Assembly (NCBI GenBank): GCA_963736855.1
Contig: CAVTQK010000015.1
Span: 320,001 to 384,000, forward strand
Source of the DNA: an uncultured delta proteobacterium
Lineage (GTDB): Bacteria; Desulfobacterota; Desulfobacteria; Desulfobacterales; UBA2156
DNA length: 64,000 bases
Direction: 5' to 3'
Under the pieces are notes generated by a model. The model was not told where the DNA came from. It saw nothing but the letters and a program-made list of their open reading frames with translations, and searched no databases. The translations under genes were made by a program, and so were the position numbers. Shown here piece by piece: positions 31,231 through 41,602 of the stretch (within the stretch, counting starts at the first letter, position 1; each line of letters starts with the position of its first letter).

Positions 31231-31812
31231 TTAGCGTGAAACCTTTGTTTTGTTGTTGTTAAATCGGTTCATTCCCTCCTTCGTGCCGTGGCAGAGGATG
31301 CATAGGACCGCCTCTTTTGCCTTTTGAACGACTTTCTCCAGAATCGCACTTTCATCCGGACCAAAGTCTCCCAGCACATAATCCGTAACGCTTGTCGCAC
31401 TCTCTGGACGCCCGATACCCACACGGATGCGAATGAACCGGTCGCTTTCCAGGGCATCCATCAGCGACCTGACTCCTTTGTGTCCTCCATGCCCTCCTTT
31501 CTCTTTAATTTTTATGTTTCCGAGAGTGATGTCGATGTCATCGTGGATCACCAAAACCGCTTCACTCGATATATTGAAATCGTTACACAACCGCCGAACC
31601 GATTGACCGCTTCGATTCATATACCCCTGGGGTTTTGCGAGGATGACGTCGTATCCCTCAATGATTCCGGTTCCAAAAACAATCTTCTCCGCCCTTTGGT
31701 TGATCGGGATTGAAAATTGATCTGCCAGTGCGTCAAGAACCTTAAAACCGGTATTGTGGCGGGTTTTCCGATACGCCTTTCCGGGATTTCCCAGCCCGAC
31801 CACCAGATACAC
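31231..31812 (-). CDS. pth: Peptidyl-tRNA hydrolase
   Basis: [30 protein letters not shown]; probable GTG start 31812 after GAGGA. Confidence 0.95.
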   Translation of the reverse strand: MYLVVGLGNPGKAYRKTRHNTGFKVLDALADQFSIPINQRAEKIVFGTGIIEGYDVILAKPQGYMNRSGQSVRRLCNDFNISSEAVLVIHDDIDITLGNIKIKEKGGHGGHKGVRSLMDALESDRFIRIRVGIGRPESATSVTDYVLGDFGPDESAILEKVVQKAKEAVLCILCHGTKEGMNRFNNNKTKVSR

Positions 31813-31840
31813 GCATCCGTCCTCATCGATAGGTTCCGGT

Positions 31841-32500
31841 TTAAGCTTTCCCTGTGGCGGGTTCACCGGTTTCTTCTTCGGCCGCACCCTCTTCAACTGC
31901 CTCTTCTTCGGCTTTTTCTCCCGGTTCGGGTTCCGCCAACTTCGGAGTGACCACGGTCACCACTGTATAATTGGTTTCAGCCGGTATCTCGATATGACCC
32001 TGAGGAACAATTTCCTTGACATGGATGGCATCCCCGATATCCAAGGGCGCCACATCGATCTCGATGGAATCAGGAATCTCCATGGGCAGGCACAGGATTT
32101 CAATCTCCCGCCGGATGATCTGAAGTATCCCGCCGTTTTCAACGCCCTTGGCCTTCCCTTTGGTTATCACCGGCACGCTTACTCGGATCTTTCGATTCAT
32201 ATCGATCTCGTAGAAATCGATATGAAGAAAATTTCTCGATACCGGATCGCGTTGAATGTCTTTGATCATGACCGTCCGGGATGTGGTGCCTCCGTCTTGA
32301 ATTGAAAGATTGAAAATCGATCGACCCGCCGATTTCCGCTTAAGTACTCGATCCAAGCTGCTGATCGAAATGGTCAATGGGACCGGTTGACTGCCAGGCC
32401 CGTAAAGCACCGCAGGAAGCTTTCCCTCTCTCCGGAGTTTTCGGGCGACGCCCTTTCCGACCGCTGTTCTGGCGGTTGATGTCAATTCCAGTATTTCCAA
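31841..32500 (-). CDS. rplY: 50S ribosomal protein L25/Ctc
   Basis: LRREGKLPAVLYG, HIDFY, acidic tail. Confidence 0.95.
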   Translation of the reverse strand: MEILELTSTARTAVGKGVARKLRREGKLPAVLYGPGSQPVPLTISISSLDRVLKRKSAGRSIFNLSIQDGGTTSRTVMIKDIQRDPVSRNFLHIDFYEIDMNRKIRVSVPVITKGKAKGVENGGILQIIRREIEILCLPMEIPDSIEIDVAPLDIGDAIHVKEIVPQGHIEIPAETNYTVVTVVTPKLAEPEPGEKAEEEAVEEGAAEEETGEPATGKA

Positions 32501-32528
32501 AAGTGAATCCTCCTTTTAATTCTTTTAC

Positions 32529-33467
32529 TTATACAAATAAAGATGTGACGGATTCTCCGGTATGGCTCCGGATGATCGCCTCGCCCACCAATTCCGCTAT
32601 GGATAGCACTTGGATTTTTTTACACAAACGGGCGTTTTCATTCAGCGGAATGGTATCCGTTACGATCACGGTATTGATGCGGGATGTGTTAATACGATCC
32701 ACTGCCGGTCCTGAAAGCACCGCGTGTGTACAGCAAGCATGCACCTCACGGGCGCCGTGATCCATCAAGGCGTATGCCGCCTCGGTCAGGGTTCCTGCTG
32801 TGTCTACCATATCATCTACGATGATGGCGATCTTTTTCTTCACATCTCCGATGACAGCCATGGCTTTGGCCATACTGGGGGCATCCCTGCGCTTGTCGAC
32901 GATGGCTAATCCCGCGTTGAGCCTTTTAGCAATGGCTCTGGCTCTTTCGGCGCCACCGGCATCCGGAGAAACAATGACGGCATCCTGATTAAAATTACCT
33001 TTTAAATAGTTGATGGTAACCGCAGCGGCAAAAAGGTTGTCCACCGGGATAGTAAAAAAACCCTGGATTTGGCCGGCGTGAAGGTCCGTTGTAATCAATC
33101 GGTTGGCCCCGGCCACAGTTATAAGATCTGCCACCAGCTTGGCACTGATGGGTACTCGCGGGGCCACCTTCTTGTCCTGACGAGCGTACCCATAATAAGG
33201 GATCACTGCCGTAATACGTCGGGCCGAAGATCGATTGAAGGCATCAATCATGAGGAGCAACTCAACGAGATTGTCGTTTACCGGAGGACAGGTGGACTGA
33301 ATCACAAAAATGTCTTTTAATCGGACGTTTTCCTGAATCTCGATTTGCACTTCTCCGTCGCTGAATCGCTTGACCTTTGCCCCACCGAGGGGAACTTTCA
33401 AGTATGCGCAGATTTTTTGCGCCAGTTCAGGATTGGAGTTTCCTGAAAATATTGCAAAATCATCCAT
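32529..33467 (-). CDS. prs: Ribose-phosphate pyrophosphokinase
   Basis: [38 protein letters not shown]. Confidence 0.97.
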   Translation of the reverse strand: MDDFAIFSGNSNPELAQKICAYLKVPLGGAKVKRFSDGEVQIEIQENVRLKDIFVIQSTCPPVNDNLVELLLMIDAFNRSSARRITAVIPYYGYARQDKKVAPRVPISAKLVADLITVAGANRLITTDLHAGQIQGFFTIPVDNLFAAAVTINYLKGNFNQDAVIVSPDAGGAERARAIAKRLNAGLAIVDKRRDAPSMAKAMAVIGDVKKKIAIIVDDMVDTAGTLTEAAYALMDHGAREVHACCTHAVLSGPAVDRINTSRINTVIVTDTIPLNENARLCKKIQVLSIAELVGEAIIRSHTGESVTSLFV

Positions 33468-33518
33468 CTAAGCCGCTTTCTTTCTCAGCATTCCCCGTAC
33501 CATGCCATTTAAAGGCGG

Positions 33519-33593
33519 TGGCTGGGGCGGGAGGATTCGAACCTCCGAATCCAGGAACCAAAATCCTGTGTCTTACCACTTGACGACGCCCCA
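33519..33593 (-). tRNA. tRNA-Gln (anticodon TTG)
   Basis: Reverse complement TGGGGCGTCGTCAAGTGGTAAGACACAGGATTTTGGTTCCTGGATTCGGAGGTTCGAATCCTCCCGCCCCAGCCA; cloverleaf with CCA; classic ispE-tRNA-Gln-prs synteny. Confidence 0.97.
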
Positions 33594-33641
33594 ATTTGTA
33601 TACCCGTTGTGTCCAAATGTCCTCAGGAATTCCCACCTGCT

Positions 33642-34520
33642 TCATACGATCATTTCGGCAAGAAAAAAACTCCACCCGGGTCTATCTGTCAGGGTATTTT
33701 TCGCCTTCAAAGCCCTATCTCGGGTATCGAACAGTCCAAAGACGGTGGGACCGCTCCCTGTCATGAGCGCACCGATTGCACCCTGAATCATCAACGCTTC
33801 CTTCATGTGAGGCACTTGCTCATGGCGTTTCGCTGTCACCCGCTCCAAGTCGTTATAAAGATGGTGTCTGGGATCAAATTCGCCTTTTGTAAAAGGTATC
33901 TCTTTAGTTTTTCTTTCAGGTTTTGTCAATCCCAAATCTAATTCCTGAAAGATCTCGGCGGTGGACACGCTGAAACCCGGAAATATCAATATAAGAAAAA
34001 AAGGAGTCAGTCCGTCATATGCTTCGAGAATCTCACCGACACCGGTGGCCACGGCCGGTTTTCCATAAATAAAAAACGGGACATCCGCGCCGATGGAAAG
34101 CCCCGCGGCAAAAAGGTCGGACAAAGGGATCGCGTTTCCAAAGTGCCTGTTGAGACCTAAAAGGACCGATGCGGCGTTACTGCTTCCGCCCCCTAATCCG
34201 GCGCCCACCGGTATGCGCTTTTCGATAACGATCCGGACACCTCCCATCTCGCGCCGAACATCTTGGCCCACTCGATCCCAAAACGCTACTGCAGCCCGAT
34301 AGGCCAGGTTGGACTCATCCTGCGGAACACGCGCGTCATCGCAGGTCACGGAAAGCTCCCTCCCGCTGAAATCGAGCGTGAGCGTGTCGTAAAGATTCAC
34401 AGGGCACATGAGGGTCACCAGTTCGTGGTAACCGTCTGGACGCTTTCCGATAATATGTAAAAACAGGTTGATTTTGGCCGGTGACCGGATTTTCAGAGGC
34501 TTACCCTTTTTCCTTGACAT
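33642..34520 (-). CDS. ispE: 4-diphosphocytidyl-2-C-methyl-D-erythritol kinase
   Basis: SPAKINLFL, IPVGAGLGGGSSNAA, GADVPFF, MTGSG. Confidence 0.96.
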   Translation of the reverse strand: MSRKKGKPLKIRSPAKINLFLHIIGKRPDGYHELVTLMCPVNLYDTLTLDFSGRELSVTCDDARVPQDESNLAYRAAVAFWDRVGQDVRREMGGVRIVIEKRIPVGAGLGGGSSNAASVLLGLNRHFGNAIPLSDLFAAGLSIGADVPFFIYGKPAVATGVGEILEAYDGLTPFFLILIFPGFSVSTAEIFQELDLGLTKPERKTKEIPFTKGEFDPRHHLYNDLERVTAKRHEQVPHMKEALMIQGAIGALMTGSGPTVFGLFDTRDRALKAKNTLTDRPGWSFFLAEMIV

Positions 34521-34911
34521 ACATGAGTCTTAAATCATGGAGAATGTTTTTCAGAAGGCTCTCTTCATCCGCTTCCAGATTTCCCTGTGTCTTATTTTCA
34601 ATGATTCCTAAAATATCGATGGTTTGTTTCGCCAATCCCAAGCTCTTAGTTTTTTCTCCGGTTGCCGGATTCTCGATGATGCCCAAGTGTACCAGGGCTG
34701 AGGAATGTAACGAAAGAATGAAGGTGGCGAAATTAATCTCCGGCAGCTGGGGCTCCTTTTCCGGAACCATTTTGGAGTCAATAGCCCCGGGTCCCCGTTT
34801 AGCCTCTTTCTCGGGTTTTGCGGAAGTTTCGGTTTTTTTCTCTTCCCCGGGCTCCTCCTGGCTGGAAAACCTTCGGTCTTTGACGACAAAATCCTTTTTC
34901 TCTTCGGCCAT
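34501..34911 (-). CDS. DUF1844 domain protein
   Basis: FATFILSL..ALVHLG..NP, AKQTIDILG..KTQGNL. Confidence 0.9.
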   Translation of the reverse strand: MAEEKKDFVVKDRRFSSQEEPGEEKKTETSAKPEKEAKRGPGAIDSKMVPEKEPQLPEINFATFILSLHSSALVHLGIIENPATGEKTKSLGLAKQTIDILGIIENKTQGNLEADEESLLKNILHDLRLMYVKEKG

Positions 34912-34981
34912 TTCCGATCTCCTATGCTGATCGCAGGTGGTGTTAGAAACTTGTATCTACACTCCAAAACCGCGTTTTTAT

Positions 34982-36562
34982 CTATAAAGAAAACGGGTAG
35001 ACCAAATTGATAAGCGGAAGAGACTTCAACTCTTCCAGAACGGAATCCGGAATCTGGGTGTCCGTCCTCAAATAAATGATATTATTATTTCCATATCGAT
35101 CTCGTCCGACCTGCATCTGGTTGATATTGATCTGATGTCTCCCCAAAGTCATTCCCACACTGCCGATGGCGCCCGGCTTGTCCTGATTATTGATCAGCAA
35201 CATATGACCCTCAGGGGTCAGCTCAAGACGGAAATCGTTGATTTTAACGATCCTAACATCCATTTTTCCGAAAATCGTTCCCGCAATCGTATTGGTTATT
35301 TCCGTGGAGACTGCTTTGACCGTGATCAGGTTGATGTAATCTTCCGCATCGGGACTGGTCGTTTCTTTGACCTTTATTCCTCGTTCTTTGGCAATTACCG
35401 GCGCATTGACGAAATTCACCGCATCCTTCACCATGGGTGTCAAAAGCCCTTTGAGGATCGATGTCGTGACAGGTGTAAGATCCAAATCCCGGAAATCTCC
35501 ATTGTAGACGATACCCACTTCCTGAATCGGGCCTTTGGTCAGCTGAGCCTGTAACATCCCCATTCGTTCTCCAAGGGTAAGAAATGGACCGAGCCGGACC
35601 AGGAGTTCCCCGGAAACAGAAGGAACATTCACCGCATTGACGATGGTATCATGTTTGAGATAGTCGATGATCTGTCTGACCACATCCACGGCCACATTTC
35701 TCTGCGCTTCCTCGGTCGAAGCGCCCAGATGCGGGGTTCCAATCACGCAATCCAATGTGAAAAGCGGTGAGTTTCCGGGGGGTTCGGTCTCGAAAACATC
35801 CAGGGCCGCACCGGCCACCTTACCGCTTTTAATGGCGTCAAACAGGTCCTTTTCGTTTACGATACCGCCTCGTGAGCAATTGATGACCATCACCCCGTCC
35901 TTCATCTTTGCAAAGGCGTCCTTATTGAGCAATCCCAGGGTGCTTTTCATCTTGGGGACGTGGACGGTAATATAATCGGCCTGTGGATACAACGATTCCA
36001 GGGTGACGGCCTCAAAACCATCGGCGCCGATGCGTGCCGGTGTAACATATGGATCATACACAACCACGCGCATTTTCAAACCCCTGGCTCGATCCGCGAC
36101 GATGGATCCGATTTTGCCATACCCGATCAACCCAAGGGTTTTATTGAAAATTTCCTTCCCCTGAAGTTTTTTCTTCTCCCACCGGCCATCTTTCAGGGAG
36201 GCGGTACCTTGGGGGATGTTGCGGGTGAGGGCGAGCATCATGGCGATGGCGTGTTCGGCGGTGGTGACGATATTCCCGGTGGGAGTATTCATTACCACGA
36301 TTCCTCTCTTGGTGGCGGTCGGTATGTCCACATTGTCCAGACCGATCCCGGCCCGGCCGATGACCTTCAACCGTGAAGCCGCCTGGATGATGTCTCCGGT
36401 CACCTTCGTGGCACTGCGGATAATCAATGCGTCGTATTGGCCGATAATCTCCTTCAACGCGTCCGGGGAAAGTCCTGTTTTGACATCCACTTCAATACCC
36501 TCTTCCGCTTTAAGCATATCGATTCCAGCCCCTCCCAGGTTGTCACTCACCAGTACTTTCAT
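34982..36562 (-). CDS. serA: D-3-phosphoglycerate dehydrogenase
   Basis: IRSATKVT, GRAGIGLDNVD, GYGKIG, TPHLGAST, C-terminal ACT domain. Confidence 0.96.
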   Translation of the reverse strand: MKVLVSDNLGGAGIDMLKAEEGIEVDVKTGLSPDALKEIIGQYDALIIRSATKVTGDIIQAASRLKVIGRAGIGLDNVDIPTATKRGIVVMNTPTGNIVTTAEHAIAMMLALTRNIPQGTASLKDGRWEKKKLQGKEIFNKTLGLIGYGKIGSIVADRARGLKMRVVVYDPYVTPARIGADGFEAVTLESLYPQADYITVHVPKMKSTLGLLNKDAFAKMKDGVMVINCSRGGIVNEKDLFDAIKSGKVAGAALDVFETEPPGNSPLFTLDCVIGTPHLGASTEEAQRNVAVDVVRQIIDYLKHDTIVNAVNVPSVSGELLVRLGPFLTLGERMGMLQAQLTKGPIQEVGIVYNGDFRDLDLTPVTTSILKGLLTPMVKDAVNFVNAPVIAKERGIKVKETTSPDAEDYINLITVKAVSTEITNTIAGTIFGKMDVRIVKINDFRLELTPEGHMLLINNQDKPGAIGSVGMTLGRHQININQMQVGRDRYGNNNIIYLRTDTQIPDSVLEELKSLPLINLVYPFSL

Positions 36563-36869
36563 AGTCCCTCTCTTTTATTTCGGATTTTAGATTTGACACA
36601 TAACCCATTTTATTTAAGAAAAAATATCTGAAGATTCAATAGAATTTTGGATATCCTCATAAGCATCTCTGAAAGATGGCAACGAGGGTGTCTGTTCGCT
36701 ATCAGAAAGTAAACCCTGCAGTTGCATAAAAAACAGGATAAGGTATAGGAAAAAAGAATGATAACAGGGCATTTGAATACGTTTAGGCATGGTTCGCGAA
36801 TAAACTTTTAGTGACTTCTAAAATAAAGAAAAAATTTGTCAGGCTTTTACAACAACAGGGTAAGTCCCG

Positions 36870-37586
36870 ATGAAAACGCAACATGAAGATTTCGTCTCAT
36901 GGCCTCCTTTGGTTACCGGCACTTTGATCCGCAGATATCAACGCTTTTTGGCCGACGTGACCCTTGATGACGGCCGAACCGTCACCGCTCATTGTGCCAA
37001 CTCAGGGAGCATGAAAGGGTGTTCGGATCCCGGAAGCCCCGTTTATTTATCGGTATGCGACAACCCAAAACGGAAATTGAAATACACATGGGAACTCATC
37101 CGAATGCCGGGCACCCTCGTCGGAGTGAACACCCTGATCCCTAATCGGCTTGTGCCCCTGGCCATAAAGGCCGGTGGGATCGAAGCCCTGAAAGGATATG
37201 ACCGCATTACTCCCGAAGTTCGGGCATTCTCTTCCCGAATCGACCTTCTCCTGGAAAAGGAATCGCATCCGAAATGTTTCGTGGAAATTAAAAATTGCAC
37301 CCTGGTTCAAGACGGGATCGCAGCATTTCCGGATGCCGTCACCGAAAGAGGTCGAAAACATCTGAATACGCTTCAGACGCTGATCCGTCAAGGGAATCGT
37401 TGTGTCATTTTTTTTCTCGTTCAAAGAACAGATGCCCGCAAATTTCAACCTGCGGACTGGATTGACCCAGTATACGGAGAAACCCTTCGTACCGCCCATG
37501 CCGACGGTGTTGAAATCCTGATTTATGATGTCAAGATCAATCTGAAGAAAATCGCTTTGAAAGGCCCGCTTCCTTACTGTCTATAA
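36870..37586 (+). CDS. sfsA: Sugar fermentation stimulation protein / nuclease SfsA
   Basis: RRYQRFLADV, HCANSGSM, FVEIK, FPDAVTERGRKHL. Confidence 0.95.
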   Translation: MKTQHEDFVSWPPLVTGTLIRRYQRFLADVTLDDGRTVTAHCANSGSMKGCSDPGSPVYLSVCDNPKRKLKYTWELIRMPGTLVGVNTLIPNRLVPLAIKAGGIEALKGYDRITPEVRAFSSRIDLLLEKESHPKCFVEIKNCTLVQDGIAAFPDAVTERGRKHLNTLQTLIRQGNRCVIFFLVQRTDARKFQPADWIDPVYGETLRTAHADGVEILIYDVKINLKKIALKGPLPYCL

Positions 37587-37678
37587 ACTATCCTGCTTTT
37601 TCTCATTTATTTTCTCCCGATAAATGCGCTTTTCAGCTTTCAGACTGTTTCCTTAACGGTACGTCGATATCGTTGCGT

Positions 37679-37707
37679 TTGACTTTAATAGCCTGTTGAG
37701 ATATATT
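37679..37707 (+). promoter_or_regulatory. Sigma70-type promoter
   Basis: TTGACT-N17-TATATT upstream of the enhancer-binding protein gene. Confidence 0.6.
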
Positions 37708-37835
37708 ATTAAAGATAAAATCAGCATTCTCGACCGAAAACATCTATTAGTAGAATATAGCACAAACTTGTCTTGGTTTCTCCTTTATAACGTATCATGC
37801 TGTAGGAAAAATGGTCTTTTGAGAAAGGCCCTGCT

Positions 37836-39170
37836 TTGAGTATCGATCGGTTCATATCCAGTCGAAAAACCCTGGAACGGGTTTTGGATAACCTCAAGGA
37901 AGGAATCATCGCCCACGACTTGAAACGGCGGATTCTGTTTTTTAATAAAGAAGCCGAACGGGTTACCGGGTTTTCCCGGGAAGAAGTCCTGGGAAAAGAC
38001 TGCCACGAGGCGTTCGGAGGGCCTTTTTGCGGGGAGCATTGCGCCTTTCTTTTTGAAAATCCCACCCTATTCGATCGGAACGAATACACGCTTCATATCA
38101 CCACTAAAACTGGTGAGATCCGGGTGATCGACATGAGCGTTTCCGGCATGGACGACGGAAATGGAGACTTTTTCGGAGTCCTGGCTTCTTTTCAAGACAC
38201 GACGAACCTAGTGGATCTTCAGATGAAAACCGGAAGGCTGACCGGTTTTTCCGGCATCATCGGAAACCACCCCAAGATGTTGCAGGTTTTTCAGCAAATC
38301 CGGAATGTTGCGGGATACGACTATCCGGTGAACATCTATGGGGAAACGGGCACGGGAAAAGAACGGGTGGCTTCGGCCATCCACCAGGAAAGTCAACGGG
38401 GCAATAAACCCTTTGTACCCATCAACTGCGGAGCCATTCCGGAAGGGCTCATCGAGAGCGAGCTTTTCGGGCACATCAGGGGAGCGTTTTCCGGGGCCAT
38501 CCGGGACAAAAAAGGCCGCTTAGAGCTGGCAAACGGCGGCACTCTTTTTTTGGACGAAATATCGGAACTGTCCAAACCCATGCAGGTCAAGTTATTGCGG
38601 TTTTTACAGGAAGGAACCATCGAAAAAGTCGGGGCGGAAAAAACGACCGTCGTGGATGTACGGGTTATCAGCGCCACCAATGTCGACCTCAAGCAAGCGG
38701 TCTTGAAAAAAACATTCCGTGAAGATTTGTATTACCGACTCAATGTGATTCCCATTCATATCCCCCCCTTAAGGGAACGAAAGACCGATATTCCGCTTCT
38801 GATCGAACATTTCCTCAAGGAAGCCTCTCAAACCTATTCCCAAAGCCGGCTTAGGGTTTCACGGAGAGCGCTGTCCTGTATGATGGACTATGACTGGCCC
38901 GGAAATGTCAGAGAACTCCAGAACGCGGTCCAGTTTGCTATCGTCAAATGCAACGGCACAGAAATCCGGCTCGGAGATCTCCCCTTGGAGCTGAAAGACG
39001 GCAAATCCAGGACAATGCGGCGGGGCCCCGCTCGGAAACTGGATGTGTCTCAGGTACGCCATGCCCTCAAACAGGTGGCCGGAAACAAATCCAGGGCTGC
39101 CACCCTCCTGGGTGTAAGCCGAGCTACTCTTTATCGTTTTCTGGACCGTTACCCGAATATTTCTCACTAA
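37836..39170 (+). CDS. PAS-domain sigma54-dependent transcriptional activator (OrpR-like)
   Basis: PAS with C-x8-C-x3-C, GETGTGKE, GAFSGA, LFLDEI, WPGNVREL, Fis-type HTH. Confidence 0.92.
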   Translation: MSIDRFISSRKTLERVLDNLKEGIIAHDLKRRILFFNKEAERVTGFSREEVLGKDCHEAFGGPFCGEHCAFLFENPTLFDRNEYTLHITTKTGEIRVIDMSVSGMDDGNGDFFGVLASFQDTTNLVDLQMKTGRLTGFSGIIGNHPKMLQVFQQIRNVAGYDYPVNIYGETGTGKERVASAIHQESQRGNKPFVPINCGAIPEGLIESELFGHIRGAFSGAIRDKKGRLELANGGTLFLDEISELSKPMQVKLLRFLQEGTIEKVGAEKTTVVDVRVISATNVDLKQAVLKKTFREDLYYRLNVIPIHIPPLRERKTDIPLLIEHFLKEASQTYSQSRLRVSRRALSCMMDYDWPGNVRELQNAVQFAIVKCNGTEIRLGDLPLELKDGKSRTMRRGPARKLDVSQVRHALKQVAGNKSRAATLLGVSRATLYRFLDRYPNISH

Positions 39171-39177
39171 CCGGAAA

Positions 39178-39211
39178 AACAAAGGGCCTCCCCTAAAGGA
39201 CGCCCTTTGTT
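39178..39211. terminator. Terminator hairpin between convergent genes
   Basis: AACAAAGGGC...GCCCTTTGTT. Confidence 0.75.
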
Positions 39212-39234
39212 CTATCAATTCAAGTCCAGACGCC

Positions 39235-41205
39235 TTAGGCCACTTCAAGCTTCTGTCGATCGGCCATATCCATAAGGACCCGGTCCCTGGCTTTGTCAAT
39301 GCCCAGGGCTTTTCGCTTTTTATCGATGTGTTCGATCATCATCCGGGCCATTTCATACGGATCCGGCGTGAACCCCCACTTACCCAGGCCCTGTTTTTCC
39401 AGCCCGTTAAAAAGCAGATCGTAAAATTTTGTATTTTCAACGATGGGGAACGTTACACCAAAAACGGTGAAGACCCCGGAGGCGACAAAATATTGACCGA
39501 TACTGATCGCTTTTTCACTCATCCACTCCGGAGCCGCCCCGGCCACCGGCAGATCAGCGATGCTGTTTCCCAACCCGCCTGTCTTTACCATTTCTGCGCA
39601 CGCGATCAGGATCCGGCTGTTATCCACACAGGAGCCGATACCGAGTACCGGAGGCATTCCGACGGTTTCGCAGACTTCACGAAGGCCGGGGCCGGCCAGG
39701 ACCGCCGACTCGGGCGTCGTGAGACCTGCCTTGGCTAAAGCGATCTGGGAACAACCGGTCTGAACCACCAGGACATCGTTTTTAATCAATTCTTTGACCA
39801 GTTCCACATGCACATAATCTTGTTTCACCCGAGGGTTGGTGCATCCCACCACGCCGGCCACACCGCGGATCCGTCCATTGATGATATTGTCGTTCAAGGG
39901 TGTGTAGGAAGACCGGAACGTTCCGCCCAGCATGTACTGAATATATTCATGAGAAAAACCGTGTACACCGATATCGCGTCTCTTGGGAATTTCAATCTTG
40001 GCCTTTCGGTTTTTGAACCGGGTTATGGCCTTGATGACTACTTCATCGGTGCATCTCTTGGGGTCATGTTCGTGAAATTCGATGTGAGTCGCCCCTTCGA
40101 TATGGCATCTCGGGTTCGTGGTAATCAGGTAGGTCCCGTAACAGTCGGCCACTTTTGCAAGCCCTTGTTTAATGCACTGAACGTCCACACACATGACATC
40201 CACGGCCCCGGTAATCAGCACCGCCTCGGTGGACATGAAATTGCCGGCGTGCGGAATACCGTGCCTCACCAAAACCTCCGCTCCGGAACAGCACATTCCG
40301 ACAAGGTTGATCCCTTTGGCCCCGGCCTTTTTTGCCTCTTCGAGCAGGGATGGTTCCCGGACCGATTCGATCATCGACTCGAATAAATTGGGTTCATGAC
40401 CATGGATAATGACGTTGACATGATCCTCCTTGAGAACACCCATATTGACTTCGATGGAAACCGGTGAAGGAGTACCGAAAAGGATGTCCGAAATCTCGGT
40501 TGCCACCATTGAACCGCCCCAACCGTCCGCTAGTGCGGTTCGACTGCACTGTTTGGTCATGTTCTCATAGTGCTGGTCGACCCCCATGTGGGTTCGGTGC
40601 ATGATTTCCATGATCTCTCTCATGGCACCCCTTGGGACGATGCCGAGTTTTCTCCAGGTTTCGAGAGTTTTTTCCGGCACCCGATTGACAAATGGAATCT
40701 CTCCTTCAACTTGAGTATAGGTTCGCTCCAACTCTTTATATAGATCCTTTGCGATATCAATAACTTCCCGCCCTTCGGTTTCGATGCCGACCGACTTGGC
40801 CACTTCCTCAAGTTTAACGGTGTCTTTAATTTTGTAATCTTGAATTTTTCCATTGACGACGTCACGGAAAAGGTCGAGCATGCTCATCCCGTGATCCGTA
40901 TGAGCTGCACATCCCGCAGCCACCATCCGGGCGAAATTCCTCGACATGATGGTATCGATGGTTGCCCCGCAGACTCCGACTTTGCTGTAGGGATCCTTGG
41001 CATTCAGCCTGCAGGGTCCCATGGAACAATGCTTACAGCAGGCAGAATCCGCCCCGATGGGGCAAGCCTTCATGCTTGCCGCCCTGTGAAATGCGGTTTC
41101 AACGCCGTCTCTTTCCGCTTTATCCAGCATTTGGGCAGTGGCTTCACATGTGGTAACATCCCTGATGTTAATTAATTCTTTTTTTTCCTTTTTTTCTTTC
41201 TCCAT
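39235..41205 (-). CDS. cooS: Anaerobic Ni,Fe carbon monoxide dehydrogenase catalytic subunit
   Basis: CCKHCSMGPC..GVCG, HGHEP, GMCC, DVQC, VVGC, TGC, GSCVDNSR, SEKA. Confidence 0.96.
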   Translation of the reverse strand: MEKEKKEKKELINIRDVTTCEATAQMLDKAERDGVETAFHRAASMKACPIGADSACCKHCSMGPCRLNAKDPYSKVGVCGATIDTIMSRNFARMVAAGCAAHTDHGMSMLDLFRDVVNGKIQDYKIKDTVKLEEVAKSVGIETEGREVIDIAKDLYKELERTYTQVEGEIPFVNRVPEKTLETWRKLGIVPRGAMREIMEIMHRTHMGVDQHYENMTKQCSRTALADGWGGSMVATEISDILFGTPSPVSIEVNMGVLKEDHVNVIIHGHEPNLFESMIESVREPSLLEEAKKAGAKGINLVGMCCSGAEVLVRHGIPHAGNFMSTEAVLITGAVDVMCVDVQCIKQGLAKVADCYGTYLITTNPRCHIEGATHIEFHEHDPKRCTDEVVIKAITRFKNRKAKIEIPKRRDIGVHGFSHEYIQYMLGGTFRSSYTPLNDNIINGRIRGVAGVVGCTNPRVKQDYVHVELVKELIKNDVLVVQTGCSQIALAKAGLTTPESAVLAGPGLREVCETVGMPPVLGIGSCVDNSRILIACAEMVKTGGLGNSIADLPVAGAAPEWMSEKAISIGQYFVASGVFTVFGVTFPIVENTKFYDLLFNGLEKQGLGKWGFTPDPYEMARMMIEHIDKKRKALGIDKARDRVLMDMADRQKLEVA

Positions 41206-41321
41206 GTTTCCTCCATAGATAAGGTCGGTTTGAATTCGGGTTTAGCACCTGCAAGAAGAGCATGACAGCCGCTTACGTATTGTCCTGTTGAAAACGAAAC
41301 TGTGAAAAAGAACTTTTACCC

Positions 41322-41376
41322 TTGACAATTAATAATAATTACTAATAACATTATTGCTCAAGGAATCTTTTGTCAA
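41322..41376. promoter_or_regulatory. Overlapping divergent sigma70 promoters with AT-rich Fur-family-like operator
   Basis: Plus: TTGACA(41322)-N18-TAACAT; minus: TTGACA(41376)-N17-TAATGT; TAGTAATTATTATTA on the minus strand at 41330-41344. Confidence 0.55.
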
Positions 41377-41602
41377 GAAGATTCGAAGCAGAAAATTTTA
41401 GCGCCCTGATTCAATTCGACAGAGAATGTGGGTTTGTTTAAGTCACAACCATTTTAATTTTCGATGCTTTCGTGAACCCGGTTAGCTCGCCTCATTGAAA
41501 AGATACCCTATAAAAGATTGTGAAATGATAAGATTTGTGAAAAAATCTTTTAAATCGGTTTAAAAAAAGGACCACAAAGAGATCACTGAAAGGAGGAAAA
41601 AT

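Noticed and set aside
33377..33786. Short ORFs between prs and ispE
   Set aside because: They overlap tRNA-Gln.
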